NCBI GenBank assembly: GCA_044070495.1
Contig: JBIPSI010000040.1
Location: forward strand, 1 to 41,016
From: Spirulina sp.
Lineage (GTDB): Bacteria > Cyanobacteriota > Cyanobacteriia > Phormidesmidales > Phormidesmidaceae
Length of the DNA: 41,016 nucleotides
Reading direction: 5' to 3'
This document shows, in pieces, positions 28,738 to 38,200 of the stretch. A program made the position numbers and the translations under genes. The notes beneath the pieces were generated by a model that saw only the letters and a program-made list of their open reading frames with translations, was not told the DNA's origin and did not search any database. How positions within the stretch are numbered: position 1 is the first letter of the stretch; the number at the start of each line of letters is the position of its first letter.

Positions 28738-30458
28738 TTGACCCCGGCTTTCCCTTTTCCGACACCCATTCCTACCAAAGCCTGATCGAATCCCTAGAAG
28801 ATCAACTGCGGCTGGGGGTTGAACAACCGGCCCAGCACACCTTTGTGGTGAATGCCAACGCCACCTATGAGTTTCCTCAGACCGTCGAAGCCATCCAGGA
28901 AGTGCGGGAAAACAAACTGATCCAACCCCGCATTTTTCTGCCCGATGAAGACTATCGCCTTGTGAACCAGCGCCGCCTCGTCTGGCAAAACCCCCCGGCG
29001 GATGGCACCCGCCTAATCGTGCGCTATACCTACCGAGAACTGCCCGCTGGCCTCACCGACTTCAACCCTGGCAGCGTTGTCGGCACCCTGGTACGCGCCT
29101 TTGCCCGCGAACTCAAGCTGCTCTACGGGCAGATGGACGAAGCCTACCGCCGCGCCTTCATCGACACCGCCGAAGGGGTCGCCTTAGATAATGTGGTGCG
29201 GCTGCTGGACGTAGAACGTAAGCGGGCCGAAAAGGCCCAGGGCCACGTGGTGTTTACCCGCAAAGACACCACCCAGGCCGTCACCATTCCCCAGGGCACC
29301 CGCCTAGCCGATACCCAAAGCCAGGAGTTTCTCACCCGGCACAACACCCTGTTCCCAGCGGGGGAAACCACCCTAGCGGTGGCCATCGAAGCGGCAACCC
29401 CAGGGCCAGCGGGCAATGTCGCCGCCCATACCATCACCATCATGCCCACCCCCCTACCAGCCCTAGGCAGCGTGGAAGTCACCAACCCTAACCGCCTGCA
29501 AGGGGGGCAAAACCCTGAGGCCGATGGCCCCCTACGGGAACGGGCCAAATTTGCCGTCGAGCGATCGGGCAACGCCACCCTCAACGCCATCAAATATGCC
29601 GTCCTGGAACTCGAAGGGGTGGATGAAGTCGATGTGCTGGATCAGAGCATGGATGCGGCCATTCCCCTGGGCGAAATTCGAGTCCGCTACGCCAGCGACC
29701 ACAACACCCCTGAACTCCAACGGGCGGTGGAGAGCGTTGTCCAAGACACCCGTGCAGCGGGCATTTTGGCCCAAGTGGGCAGTATCAGCCGCATTTTGGT
29801 GTCCGGCAGCTTCTATCTCATCCCTGAGTCTGGGTTGGTGGAGGGTGCGCCCAATCGCTTTATGCAGCAGGTACAACAAACCATCAACGGTCTGGCCATC
29901 GGCGAACCCCTATCTGTTCGCCGTCTGATGGCTCTGGTATACGGCATTCCAGGACTAGCCGAGGTCGCCGATGCCCAACTCGACGCCATCCGTGACGGCA
30001 GTCCTGCCGCCATTACCGACCCATGGCTGACCGCCCCCACCGAACTGCTGCGGGTGGGCGATGTGACGGTCAAGCTACTGACGGGTCTTTCCGTCACTCA
30101 GTCCGTGCGCGAAGGCACCGACAACAAAATTACCCTGCAAGTGCTGGAACCCCCCGAAACTCCGGTGTTGTTTCGCAACTTCACCCTCGACCTCAGCCTC
30201 ACCTTTATGGCCACCCTCCGCCGCGCCCCCGACCAACCCCCCGAACGGTTCCTCACCCTGCCCCAGTCCCTCTCTTTTCGTAATCACCGCAACCGCACCC
30301 TCACCCTGCCCGACAGCGCCCTCCTGTTCAACCCCGAAACCGGACGCGGCTTTCGTCCTAATGACCACGCAGCCACCGTTACCGTCACCCTAAGCGCCGC
30401 CGCCTACCCCGGCTTAGCCACCACCACCACCACCATCACCCTACCCATCACCCCCTAA
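28734..30458 (+). CDS. Baseplate J/gp47-like wedge protein
   Basis: TDFNPGSVVGTL, FIDTAEGVALD, IPQGT, PGPAGNV, GGQNPEADGPLRER. Confidence 0.92.
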   Translation: MIDPGFPFSDTHSYQSLIESLEDQLRLGVEQPAQHTFVVNANATYEFPQTVEAIQEVRENKLIQPRIFLPDEDYRLVNQRRLVWQNPPADGTRLIVRYTYRELPAGLTDFNPGSVVGTLVRAFARELKLLYGQMDEAYRRAFIDTAEGVALDNVVRLLDVERKRAEKAQGHVVFTRKDTTQAVTIPQGTRLADTQSQEFLTRHNTLFPAGETTLAVAIEAATPGPAGNVAAHTITIMPTPLPALGSVEVTNPNRLQGGQNPEADGPLRERAKFAVERSGNATLNAIKYAVLELEGVDEVDVLDQSMDAAIPLGEIRVRYASDHNTPELQRAVESVVQDTRAAGILAQVGSISRILVSGSFYLIPESGLVEGAPNRFMQQVQQTINGLAIGEPLSVRRLMALVYGIPGLAEVADAQLDAIRDGSPAAITDPWLTAPTELLRVGDVTVKLLTGLSVTQSVREGTDNKITLQVLEPPETPVLFRNFTLDLSLTFMATLRRAPDQPPERFLTLPQSLSFRNHRNRTLTLPDSALLFNPETGRGFRPNDHAATVTVTLSAAAYPGLATTTTTITLPITP

Positions 30459-30463
30459 CCCCC

Positions 30464-30490
30464 CACCCTTCACCCTTCACCCTTCACCCC
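30464..30490. repeat. CACCCTT heptamer tandem repeat (STRR-like)
   Basis: Three full units plus one partial unit between the two wedge genes. Confidence 0.75.
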
Positions 30491-32005
30491 ATGCACTACA
30501 AAACCGCCAAACTCCTCAACCTCTTCCCCGATGCCTACGCCACAGGAGATTCGGCGGCGACGCTTTACCAGCTCTTAGATGCCCTGGGGGCAGAGCTGAT
30601 GGAGGCGGATGATGCTATCAAGGTGCTGCTGAAATCCCACTGGGTGGGCTACGCCGAGGGCCGATCGCTGGATGGATTAGGATCCGCCTTTGGGGTGCAG
30701 CGGCGACGGTTGCGGCGGGGGTTGCGGCTGTTTAGCCAGGGCCTAGGCTGGGTGCCGTTCCTCGACCGCAGGGAAATGCCCGACCGCCTCTTAGGCTATT
30801 TTCGTGATCGCCAATATCCCCTCTCCAGTCAGATCCAAGTCGTGGTGCAAGAACCCAGCTTTCGCTGGCTGGTGGAAGATGCCGGGGATCTTCGCGCCTA
30901 CGCCATCCGTCGGGAAACCGATGCCACCAGCGGCGACGAACGGTTGCAGGTGTATCTGGTCAGCGAAACCGACGAGGCCTTTCGGTTGCGGCTCAAATCC
31001 ATTATTCGGATGCTGGCGGGGGGTGGCACACGATCAGCCATTCGCGGCGCAGTACGGGCGGCCCTGGGGATGCCCTACGACTTGGCACAGCTCAACATTC
31101 CCCCTCGGTTTAAGGCGTTGCAGGAGGCCATCGACCAACTCATTCGCATCGAAGAATTCTCCCCAGAAGTAGACCGCCTGATTGGCAATCAGATCGTTGA
31201 AGTAGACCAAGCCAGCCAGATCACCCTTGCCGTCGAGCCGGATTCGGTGTTGCAGGTAGTGCCCCAAATTCGCTGGACCTTCACCCAAGGGGGCGGCAGA
31301 TTGCTCAGCCTAGAACGGCTCGGTTCAGGAGGAGCCGGGGTCAGAACCCTCGAAACCTTCCTGATGCCCGAAGGCTCTACCCTGGTGCTGTCCCCCGAAG
31401 CCGATGGTACCCTTAGCGCCCGCCTAGATGGCTACAGCGTGAAAGACGCCTTCACCAACCTCGATGGCAGCACCCCGGCTCGGCTGCCGGAAATTCCCCG
31501 CGAACGCAGTGAATGGCGGTTTCGGGCGGCTGGGGGGCAGTGGGATATCAGCACCTTTGACGATGGCGACATCTTTGAGCTACCCACCTTCATCGTCGAG
31601 CTGCGGTGGGAACGACGACAACCCCTCACCTTTGATGTGTTCGTCCCCTATTTCTTTGAGGCGGCGGTGCAGCAGATCCAGGAACAATACGGCTACCAGC
31701 AGGACATTTTTATCTTTGAAGGGCTACCCCGCGAACATCTTCAGGCCGTTGTCAACCAAACCAAAGCCGCTGGGGTGCGGGGAAATGTGCAGTTTTCCCT
31801 CAACTTTTTTGACACCCACGATCAACAGGAACGGTTCCGCCTTGAGGGAATCCATACCACCACAGAAAACCAAACCCTTGCCGACACCCTGGAAGTGGGC
31901 AGCTTTAATCGCGAAATGGAGAATCATGAAATGGTCGAGACTTTTGTGATTGGCGGTGTTTTTGATGTATCTACCTTTGACGGCTCCTTTGGCTTTCAAG
32001 AGTGA
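30491..32005 (+). CDS. Second baseplate wedge protein (gpI/gp7-like)
   Basis: LLNLFPDAY...LLDALG, AEGRSLDGLG...ETDEAFRLRL...GGT, TKAAGV, and two D-x-STFD motifs. Confidence 0.75.
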   Translation: MHYKTAKLLNLFPDAYATGDSAATLYQLLDALGAELMEADDAIKVLLKSHWVGYAEGRSLDGLGSAFGVQRRRLRRGLRLFSQGLGWVPFLDRREMPDRLLGYFRDRQYPLSSQIQVVVQEPSFRWLVEDAGDLRAYAIRRETDATSGDERLQVYLVSETDEAFRLRLKSIIRMLAGGGTRSAIRGAVRAALGMPYDLAQLNIPPRFKALQEAIDQLIRIEEFSPEVDRLIGNQIVEVDQASQITLAVEPDSVLQVVPQIRWTFTQGGGRLLSLERLGSGGAGVRTLETFLMPEGSTLVLSPEADGTLSARLDGYSVKDAFTNLDGSTPARLPEIPRERSEWRFRAAGGQWDISTFDDGDIFELPTFIVELRWERRQPLTFDVFVPYFFEAAVQQIQEQYGYQQDIFIFEGLPREHLQAVVNQTKAAGVRGNVQFSLNFFDTHDQQERFRLEGIHTTTENQTLADTLEVGSFNREMENHEMVETFVIGGVFDVSTFDGSFGFQE

Positions 32006-32092
32006 GAAGGGATAGCGTTATTTGTAAAAATTAATGTGAGTTTTTGGATATTTTCTGGAAAGGTATTGAGTTTTTAGGTAGGAGTTATCACA

Positions 32093-32161
32093 ATGACAGA
32101 AATCATCCTTGATATTACCAATTCTGACTTTGATACCCTAAGTGCAGAGGAGTATTTTTGA
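32093..32161 (+). CDS. Possible 22-aa small ORF (MTEIILDITNSDFDTLSAEEYF)
   Basis: AGGAG 8 nt upstream of the ATG; same strand as the operon; sits in the only large intra-locus gap. Confidence 0.35.
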   Translation: MTEIILDITNSDFDTLSAEEYF

Positions 32162-32231
32162 GTGTTACTTTACTCCTATCTATACATGATTTTCTGATTT
32201 TAGTGATTTCCCGATTTAGAGGATATTTCCC

Positions 32232-32717
32232 ATGCAAGAAACTATCAATATGAGAGGTCAACTGCGCCTCATCCTCACCGATGCTTCTGGTCAGATTGTC
32301 CATAGTCAAGCCCCGAAAAATCGCATTGTAACCTCAGGACGACAGTTAGTGGCACAATTGTTTGGTGGGGTGACGGGTACTCCCCCCACCAAAGTGACCC
32401 AAATGGCCGTGGGCACCAATGCCACCCCCACCCATGATGATCAAACCAATCTATTGGCCATGCGGGAACCCCGCAAGCCGATCAGTAATATTCTCTATCA
32501 GGAATTCATCGAAAATGAGGGGACGGCCAATGCCATTAAACGCATTCGCACCCAACTCACGGCTGAATTTGATTTTGCCGATGCCAATGGCACAGCCCCA
32601 CTCACCGAGGCGGGAATTTTTAATGATGCTTTGGTAATGTATAACCGGGTGGTATTTGAACCCGTTACAAAAACCGATGCGTTTAAGCTCACCTTGCTCT
32701 GGGAAATTATTTTTTAA
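32232..32717 (+). CDS. Tail collar / fibre-attachment protein
   Basis: NRIVTSGRQLVA, MAVGT, ANG...LTEAGIF, NRVVFEPVTK...LLWEI pattern of collar-fibre domains. Confidence 0.75.
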   Translation: MQETINMRGQLRLILTDASGQIVHSQAPKNRIVTSGRQLVAQLFGGVTGTPPTKVTQMAVGTNATPTHDDQTNLLAMREPRKPISNILYQEFIENEGTANAIKRIRTQLTAEFDFADANGTAPLTEAGIFNDALVMYNRVVFEPVTKTDAFKLTLLWEIIF

Positions 32718-32776
32718 CTCCACACTCCTTCGCCAGCTTCGACATCACGCTACCCTTTATTGTCTAGGAGTCCGCC

Positions 32777-34165
32777 ATGCCCATCACCCCCGATCCTCCT
32801 TTTCCTAAGGAAAAAGGACATCCCCTACGCTCTAGAGATTGGAATCAATTAGTCAACGAGGTGCAGCGTTTAGATACCAGCAAAGTCAACCGCAATGGGC
32901 GCGATTTTGTCCAAGGCCCTCTCAGCATTGCCAGCAGCCTAGGGGTGGGCATTGGCAACACGGTGCCGCGTGCGCCCCTACACCTTGCAGGCGGGAATTG
33001 GGATGTCTCCAATACCGAAGGGGATCTCCGCATTGGCAGCGATACCCTACGGCTGAAGATTGGGGTAGCGCTAGGGGGCGGTGGTGCAGGCGATGCGCGC
33101 ATTCGGGCCGTAGGTGGGACTAATCGCTTAATGTTAGGGAGCGGCAACGTCGATACACTGACACTTCAAAATGAAAATGCCAGTATTAACAGCAACCTGA
33201 GTGTTTCGGGGCAACTTAGTTTTGGAGCCCAGACCCGACAGATGGTAAATCTGTGGAATACCAGCTATGGGATTGGTGTGCAAAGCAGCACAACCTATTT
33301 TCGGACTGGTGGTAACTTTGCCTGGTATCGGGGAGGCAGTCACAGTGATAACGCCTTGAACTCAGGGGGAGGAACCGCACAAATGATCCTCCGAAATGGT
33401 CTTTTAGAGGTCGCAGGTGACCTTCAGACTAACGCTGGACTGATCAGCGATAAGCCCCATGGAAGTAGCTATGTCGCTTTCTCCCATCGCAATCAGAGTA
33501 CAGCCGGAGGCTATGCTCTATTACAACATAACAACGGTACCACCTATCTCAATGCGGCATCTGATCGAAGCATACACTTCAGAGTCAATAATTCTGAAAG
33601 AATGACTTTAAATGATTCACTCTCCGTGCGTGTACCCTTAGTCATCTCAGGTGCTCAGAGCATCAGTATTGGTGTGGTACGGAGTGGTACCTACGGCAAT
33701 GATGGCATTCGTGGTGAACCTAACCTATGGTTAGATGCCAGAAATTCTGTACTGATTAAATCAGGCTTTCAGACGAGAGCTTTGGATGTTGCAGAGCGCT
33801 TCCATGCCATCGAAAAAGTTGAGAAGGGCGATGTTGTTGTTTTAGGTGGAGATGGCGACACGGTACTTAAATGTCGTCAAGCCTGTGACAGCGCAGCGAT
33901 TGGGATTGTTTCCGAAGATCCAGGCTTTATTCTAGGCATGAATTCAAGTCATCCTCCTGTGGCATTGTGCGGGCGTGTTCCCTGTAAGGTCGATGCCGAT
34001 ATTGCTCCCATTCAAGTGGGTGATCTATTAACTACGAGCGCGACACCAGGTCATGCTCAAAAGATATTGGATCAGTCCATCGTCCCTGGAGCAATTATTG
34101 GTAAGGCCATGGCTTCATTAGAGGGAGGAAAGGGCGAAATTCTAGTCTTTGTCATGATGCGCTAA
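32777..34165 (+). CDS. Tail fibre with C-terminal intramolecular-chaperone (peptidase G2/S74-like) domain
   Basis: N-terminal attachment segment (KGHPLRSRDWN), LGVGIG-P-APLH fibre motif, Gly/Asn/Ser-rich shaft, DVAERF...GDVV...GIVS...VALCGRVPCKV...GDLLTTS...IIGKA. Confidence 0.82.
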   Translation: MPITPDPPFPKEKGHPLRSRDWNQLVNEVQRLDTSKVNRNGRDFVQGPLSIASSLGVGIGNTVPRAPLHLAGGNWDVSNTEGDLRIGSDTLRLKIGVALGGGGAGDARIRAVGGTNRLMLGSGNVDTLTLQNENASINSNLSVSGQLSFGAQTRQMVNLWNTSYGIGVQSSTTYFRTGGNFAWYRGGSHSDNALNSGGGTAQMILRNGLLEVAGDLQTNAGLISDKPHGSSYVAFSHRNQSTAGGYALLQHNNGTTYLNAASDRSIHFRVNNSERMTLNDSLSVRVPLVISGAQSISIGVVRSGTYGNDGIRGEPNLWLDARNSVLIKSGFQTRALDVAERFHAIEKVEKGDVVVLGGDGDTVLKCRQACDSAAIGIVSEDPGFILGMNSSHPPVALCGRVPCKVDADIAPIQVGDLLTTSATPGHAQKILDQSIVPGAIIGKAMASLEGGKGEILVFVMMR

Positions 34166-34199
34166 TCGTACAAGTTTGTCTTAATATCGAACCAATTCC

Positions 34200-34445
34200 A
34201 TGAAAGAACAACTAGAACAACGGCTACAAAGTCTAAAGGCTGAATTTGAATCTGGCCAAACCCTACTGCGAGATTTGGAACAAAAACAGTCGCATCTGCG
34301 AGAAACCTTGCTGCGCATCAGTGGCGCAATTCAAGTACTAGAAGAAATGTTAGAGCCGGTTGATGATCAAGCCTCTGGCGATGACCTGATCGCCCCCTCC
34401 CCCAATGGTCATCCCTCACCCACGGCAACGGCACTTACCCCCTAG
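34200..34445 (+). CDS. Small coiled-coil protein (possible fibre chaperone)
   Basis: Heptad Leu/Glu/Gln pattern, LLRISGAIQVLEE; directly after the fibre gene. Confidence 0.7.
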   Translation: MKEQLEQRLQSLKAEFESGQTLLRDLEQKQSHLRETLLRISGAIQVLEEMLEPVDDQASGDDLIAPSPNGHPSPTATALTP

Positions 34446-34496
34446 CGCCCAACCCTCTCTGACCCTACGGACCGCCCCACCCGGAGACCTCTGGCT

Positions 34497-35276
34497 ATGC
34501 TGGGAAATGTCGTCACTGTATTGAATACCGAGTTAAGACGGGCCTTTCCCCAGTTATTTGGCGGGCCGTCGCCCATGGTGCAACTCAGTCTATTGCGGGC
34601 CGAATTTCGGGTCGATCCTGAGTCTGCTGAGGCCCTTGCCAGCGCCCCCCGATCCGATGATCGCCGCGATCTTCTTCCCTTTAACCCAGCCGCCCCGATG
34701 GGGCCATACCAACTCAGCCAGCCGCCCTACCCCGGCCCTCGCAAGCTATGGCTCACCACCACGGCGGGTGATCGGGTGACGCTATCCACTGAGGAAGTGC
34801 GGTGGGAGGCTGCGGATACCCAGGGATTTTCCCTGGCCCTGCGCCCCAGCCGCGACCCCAGGGGCTTTTCTGGGCTGGAGGTGCTGTACGGTGTCACCGC
34901 CATTTTTACCAAACTGAAGCTGCTCCACACCCTCACCCTCACCCTCACCAGCCGCGACCCCAATCAGCTTGAGCAGGCCGAGGCCCTCCTGGTGGGGTGG
35001 GTTGCCCTCCACCGCCAAACCCTAATTGAGGCGACCGCCATGGCCCACACCGGCGGCGACTACGGCACAGCCCTAGACCTGAAAACCCTGCTCCTCACCC
35101 ACGGCGAGCAGGTCGGCTCCGATCATCGCACCCTCACCCTCACCGCCGAAAGCGAACTCAAGGCCACCCGCGCCCTCCGCGACGACGAAGGCCAACCCAT
35201 CGAGCGCATCCTCACCAACGGTCGCCCCGGATCTGCCGAAGGGAGGATTGACATTCACATCGACGTTCAGGCCTGA
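34497..35276 (+). CDS. Hypothetical protein, candidate tail cap/terminator
   Basis: 259-aa ORF with GGAG RBS in the operon; function inferred only because no other cap gene is present. Confidence 0.5.
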   Translation: MLGNVVTVLNTELRRAFPQLFGGPSPMVQLSLLRAEFRVDPESAEALASAPRSDDRRDLLPFNPAAPMGPYQLSQPPYPGPRKLWLTTTAGDRVTLSTEEVRWEAADTQGFSLALRPSRDPRGFSGLEVLYGVTAIFTKLKLLHTLTLTLTSRDPNQLEQAEALLVGWVALHRQTLIEATAMAHTGGDYGTALDLKTLLLTHGEQVGSDHRTLTLTAESELKATRALRDDEGQPIERILTNGRPGSAEGRIDIHIDVQA

Positions 35277-35294
35277 CCCACTCCCCCGACGCCC

Positions 35295-38200
35295 ATGCCC
35301 CGCCAAACCGCCCTGCTTCACCTCCATCCCCACCGCCGCCCCGAACAACTCGCCTACATCCAGGCGCGCACCGAGGTGGTGTATGCCATGGGGGATGCCC
35401 TCTGGGCCGCAATCACCGAGGAACAGATAGATCGCTTCATGGCCCAGGGCATTGGGGTGCAGATCCAGACCACGGCGGCGTTGATTGAATTGCCCTCGGT
35501 GGTCTTCAACCCCGCCGAGGGCGTGCCTATCCCGGCGGCCAATCTGCGGGTTTCCCCCCCCACCGGGGAAACCACGGCCTACTACTTGGTGCAGGTGGGG
35601 GCACCGCTGGGGGATGAGGCGATTACCCCCATTGAGGCGCTGGGGGGCGTCTATGTGCAATCCCTGCCGGAATATGCCCTGGTGTTTCGGCTAACGGTGG
35701 CCCAGGCGACGGCGGCGGCGGCCCTGCCCTGGGTGAGTTGGGTGGGGCTCTATCATCCCGGCTATGCCCTAAGCTATGACCTGGTGAATCGGGAGGAACC
35801 CTACCCCATTTCTGCGTTGCAACACCTGGCGCGGGATGTGACCCAAGGGTTGATAGAAGGGCCATTGATGTTCACCCCCTTTGAGGATCGGGTGCCGGAT
35901 GACCTGCGGGAGGCCATCGCGGCGACGGGGGCCTCCCTACGCCAAAACAGTCGCTATGGCTTGGTGGGCGAGGCGACGGCAGATCATGTGCTGGCCATCG
36001 CCCACATTCCGGGCATCCAGGCCATCGAACCCTATCAAGATCCCGCCCTGGGCAATCAGCGGGCGGGCATCATTGTGGGGGTGAATCAGGTGCGCAGCGG
36101 CGGCAATGTTGATTTTTTGATCAACCTAGATGGACAGGGCGAAATAGTCGGCGTCATTGACAGCGGCATTGACCACCATCATCCCGATTTACGCCAGTCC
36201 AATGCCGCTACCCCAACCTCTCGCATCATCTACCGCTGGAACCTAAACGCCGACCCCGCCCTCGACACCTTAATCCCCCCCGTTGCCACTGGCGATACCC
36301 CCCCGGTACCAGACTTTTCCAACATTCCCGCAAGCGGCATCATTCCAATCATCAAAGGCCCCCACGGCACCCATGTGACGGGCACCCTGGTTGGCAATGG
36401 CACCTGGGCCGCCGCCGATACCGATCCGACCCATTCCACCCAGCCCCAGGGGATGGCTCCGGCGGCCCAGGTAATTTTTCATGCGGCCCAAGAGGATCTA
36501 TACCGGATTAGCGGTAAAGCGAATTTCACTAACTTTTTGCAGGGCTGGTTAGAGGCCCATCAGCGGGGTGCCCGTGTTCACAACAACTCGTGGGGAGGCA
36601 TTCGGTTCGGCAGTAGTGGTCATCACAATGCCTATACCCAGGCTATTTCGGCTGTCATTGATAGCTTTGCCTATTGCCACCCCGAAAGTCTGGTGGTGTT
36701 TGCCGCTGGCAATGATGAGGGCGACTACAACGGCAACGGCGTTTTAGATATGAACCGTCTGTCCCAGGAAGTGGTCGCCAAAAATATTCTGTGCGTGGGA
36801 GCCAGTGAAAATGTGACGCGGACCGATGGCTCTGACCGCACCTATCAACAGCGGGCCGCCAGTGCTGGCAAGACTCCCCAAGAACGGCGGCGATTTGACC
36901 ACGGTAACTTTACCGCGTTAGCAGGCACACCACCGATCCCCCTTGAGTTTCCCATCTCTGATAATGCCGATCAGGTGGCTCTCTTTAGCAGTCGGGGACG
37001 GGTGCGGGGAAGCCAACGGGTGCGCCCCGATCTGGTCGCGCCGGGGACTAATGTGGTTTCTCTGCGGCCCCAGGATGGCACCTTGCCCATGGCTTTGGGA
37101 GAGACTGGCCTAGCGGCGGTGAGTGCCGATGGCGACGTTTACTATGCGGCGTCGGGCACCAGTATGGCGGCTCCGGTGGTGTCGGGGGCGGCGGTGCTGA
37201 CGCGGCAATTTTATCGGTCACGCTTTGGCCAGTTACGCCGTCCGGTCTGGCTTGATGCGGTGAGTCAGTTCATGGCCCACCAGCTTGCCATCGCCGCTAC
37301 CCCCACCAGCGTCGCCATCGTCTGGGTCCGCCCTGAAGGCGGTCACGTCCACCTGGTGGGGGCCACCTACAGCCACACCCTTCAGCAACGGGGCGATACG
37401 GTGTTGGCGCGCCAAAGCCCGATTCAGATCCTCCAGCCCCAGGGGGGTGATCAGCCCTTTCCCCGGTTGGCGGTGCATGGTGATCGCTGGTTGCTGCTGT
37501 ATCGCACCCCGGATCATCACCTGCACCTGCAACGCTACAACGCCGATCTCAGCCGCGATACCCGCTTTGGTTCGGGGGGCAATGTCCCTCTGGGGGCAGC
37601 GGTGCGACCGGAGCCTAATCGCCTAGCCAGCCTGGCGGTACAGGGAGATACGGCCTTTGTGGTTTGGCCTGAGGCGGGGAGCGAAACCCTACAATTTGGC
37701 CGCTTTCGGGCCACCTCTGGGGAACCCATGGGTACGGTGGAGGCGATCGGCACGGTCACCGAAACGACGATCCACAACAACCTGGTGTTTACGGGCAGCC
37801 ACTATGCCACGGTGTGGGTGCAGCAAACGGGCGACACCTACACCCTACAAGCCCGCCGGATCAACCCTCGCGGCCAGGTGTTGGGGGCCGCCGCCACGGA
37901 GCTAGTGACCCAAACCGATCCCCTACAGGCCCCCCACCTCGCTTGGCAGCCGACCACCCAAACCTATCGCGTTGTTTGGGTCACACCCCAAGCCGCAGGG
38001 GATACCCTGCACACCCTGGCCCTGCAAGCCGATCTGACCCCCATCGGCACACCCCAGATCGTGTCCCTGCCGCCAGAGCCCTCCACCTTGGGGCCGCTCA
38101 CCCGCCCGCCGCAGCGCCTACGCCACCCCCATCTGGCCCCCCATCCCCGCAGCGGCTACGTCCTCACCTGGGAAGACAATAGCCAGCTATTTTGGTCCCA

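Noticed and set aside
13672..35276. Intact prophage
   Set aside because: No head, portal, terminase, integrase, replication or lysis genes; both flanks are IS debris.
13672..35276. Type VI secretion system
   Set aside because: Single-gene sheath rather than TssB/TssC; no TssA, TssK, TssJLM or ClpV; tail fibre and chaperone genes present.
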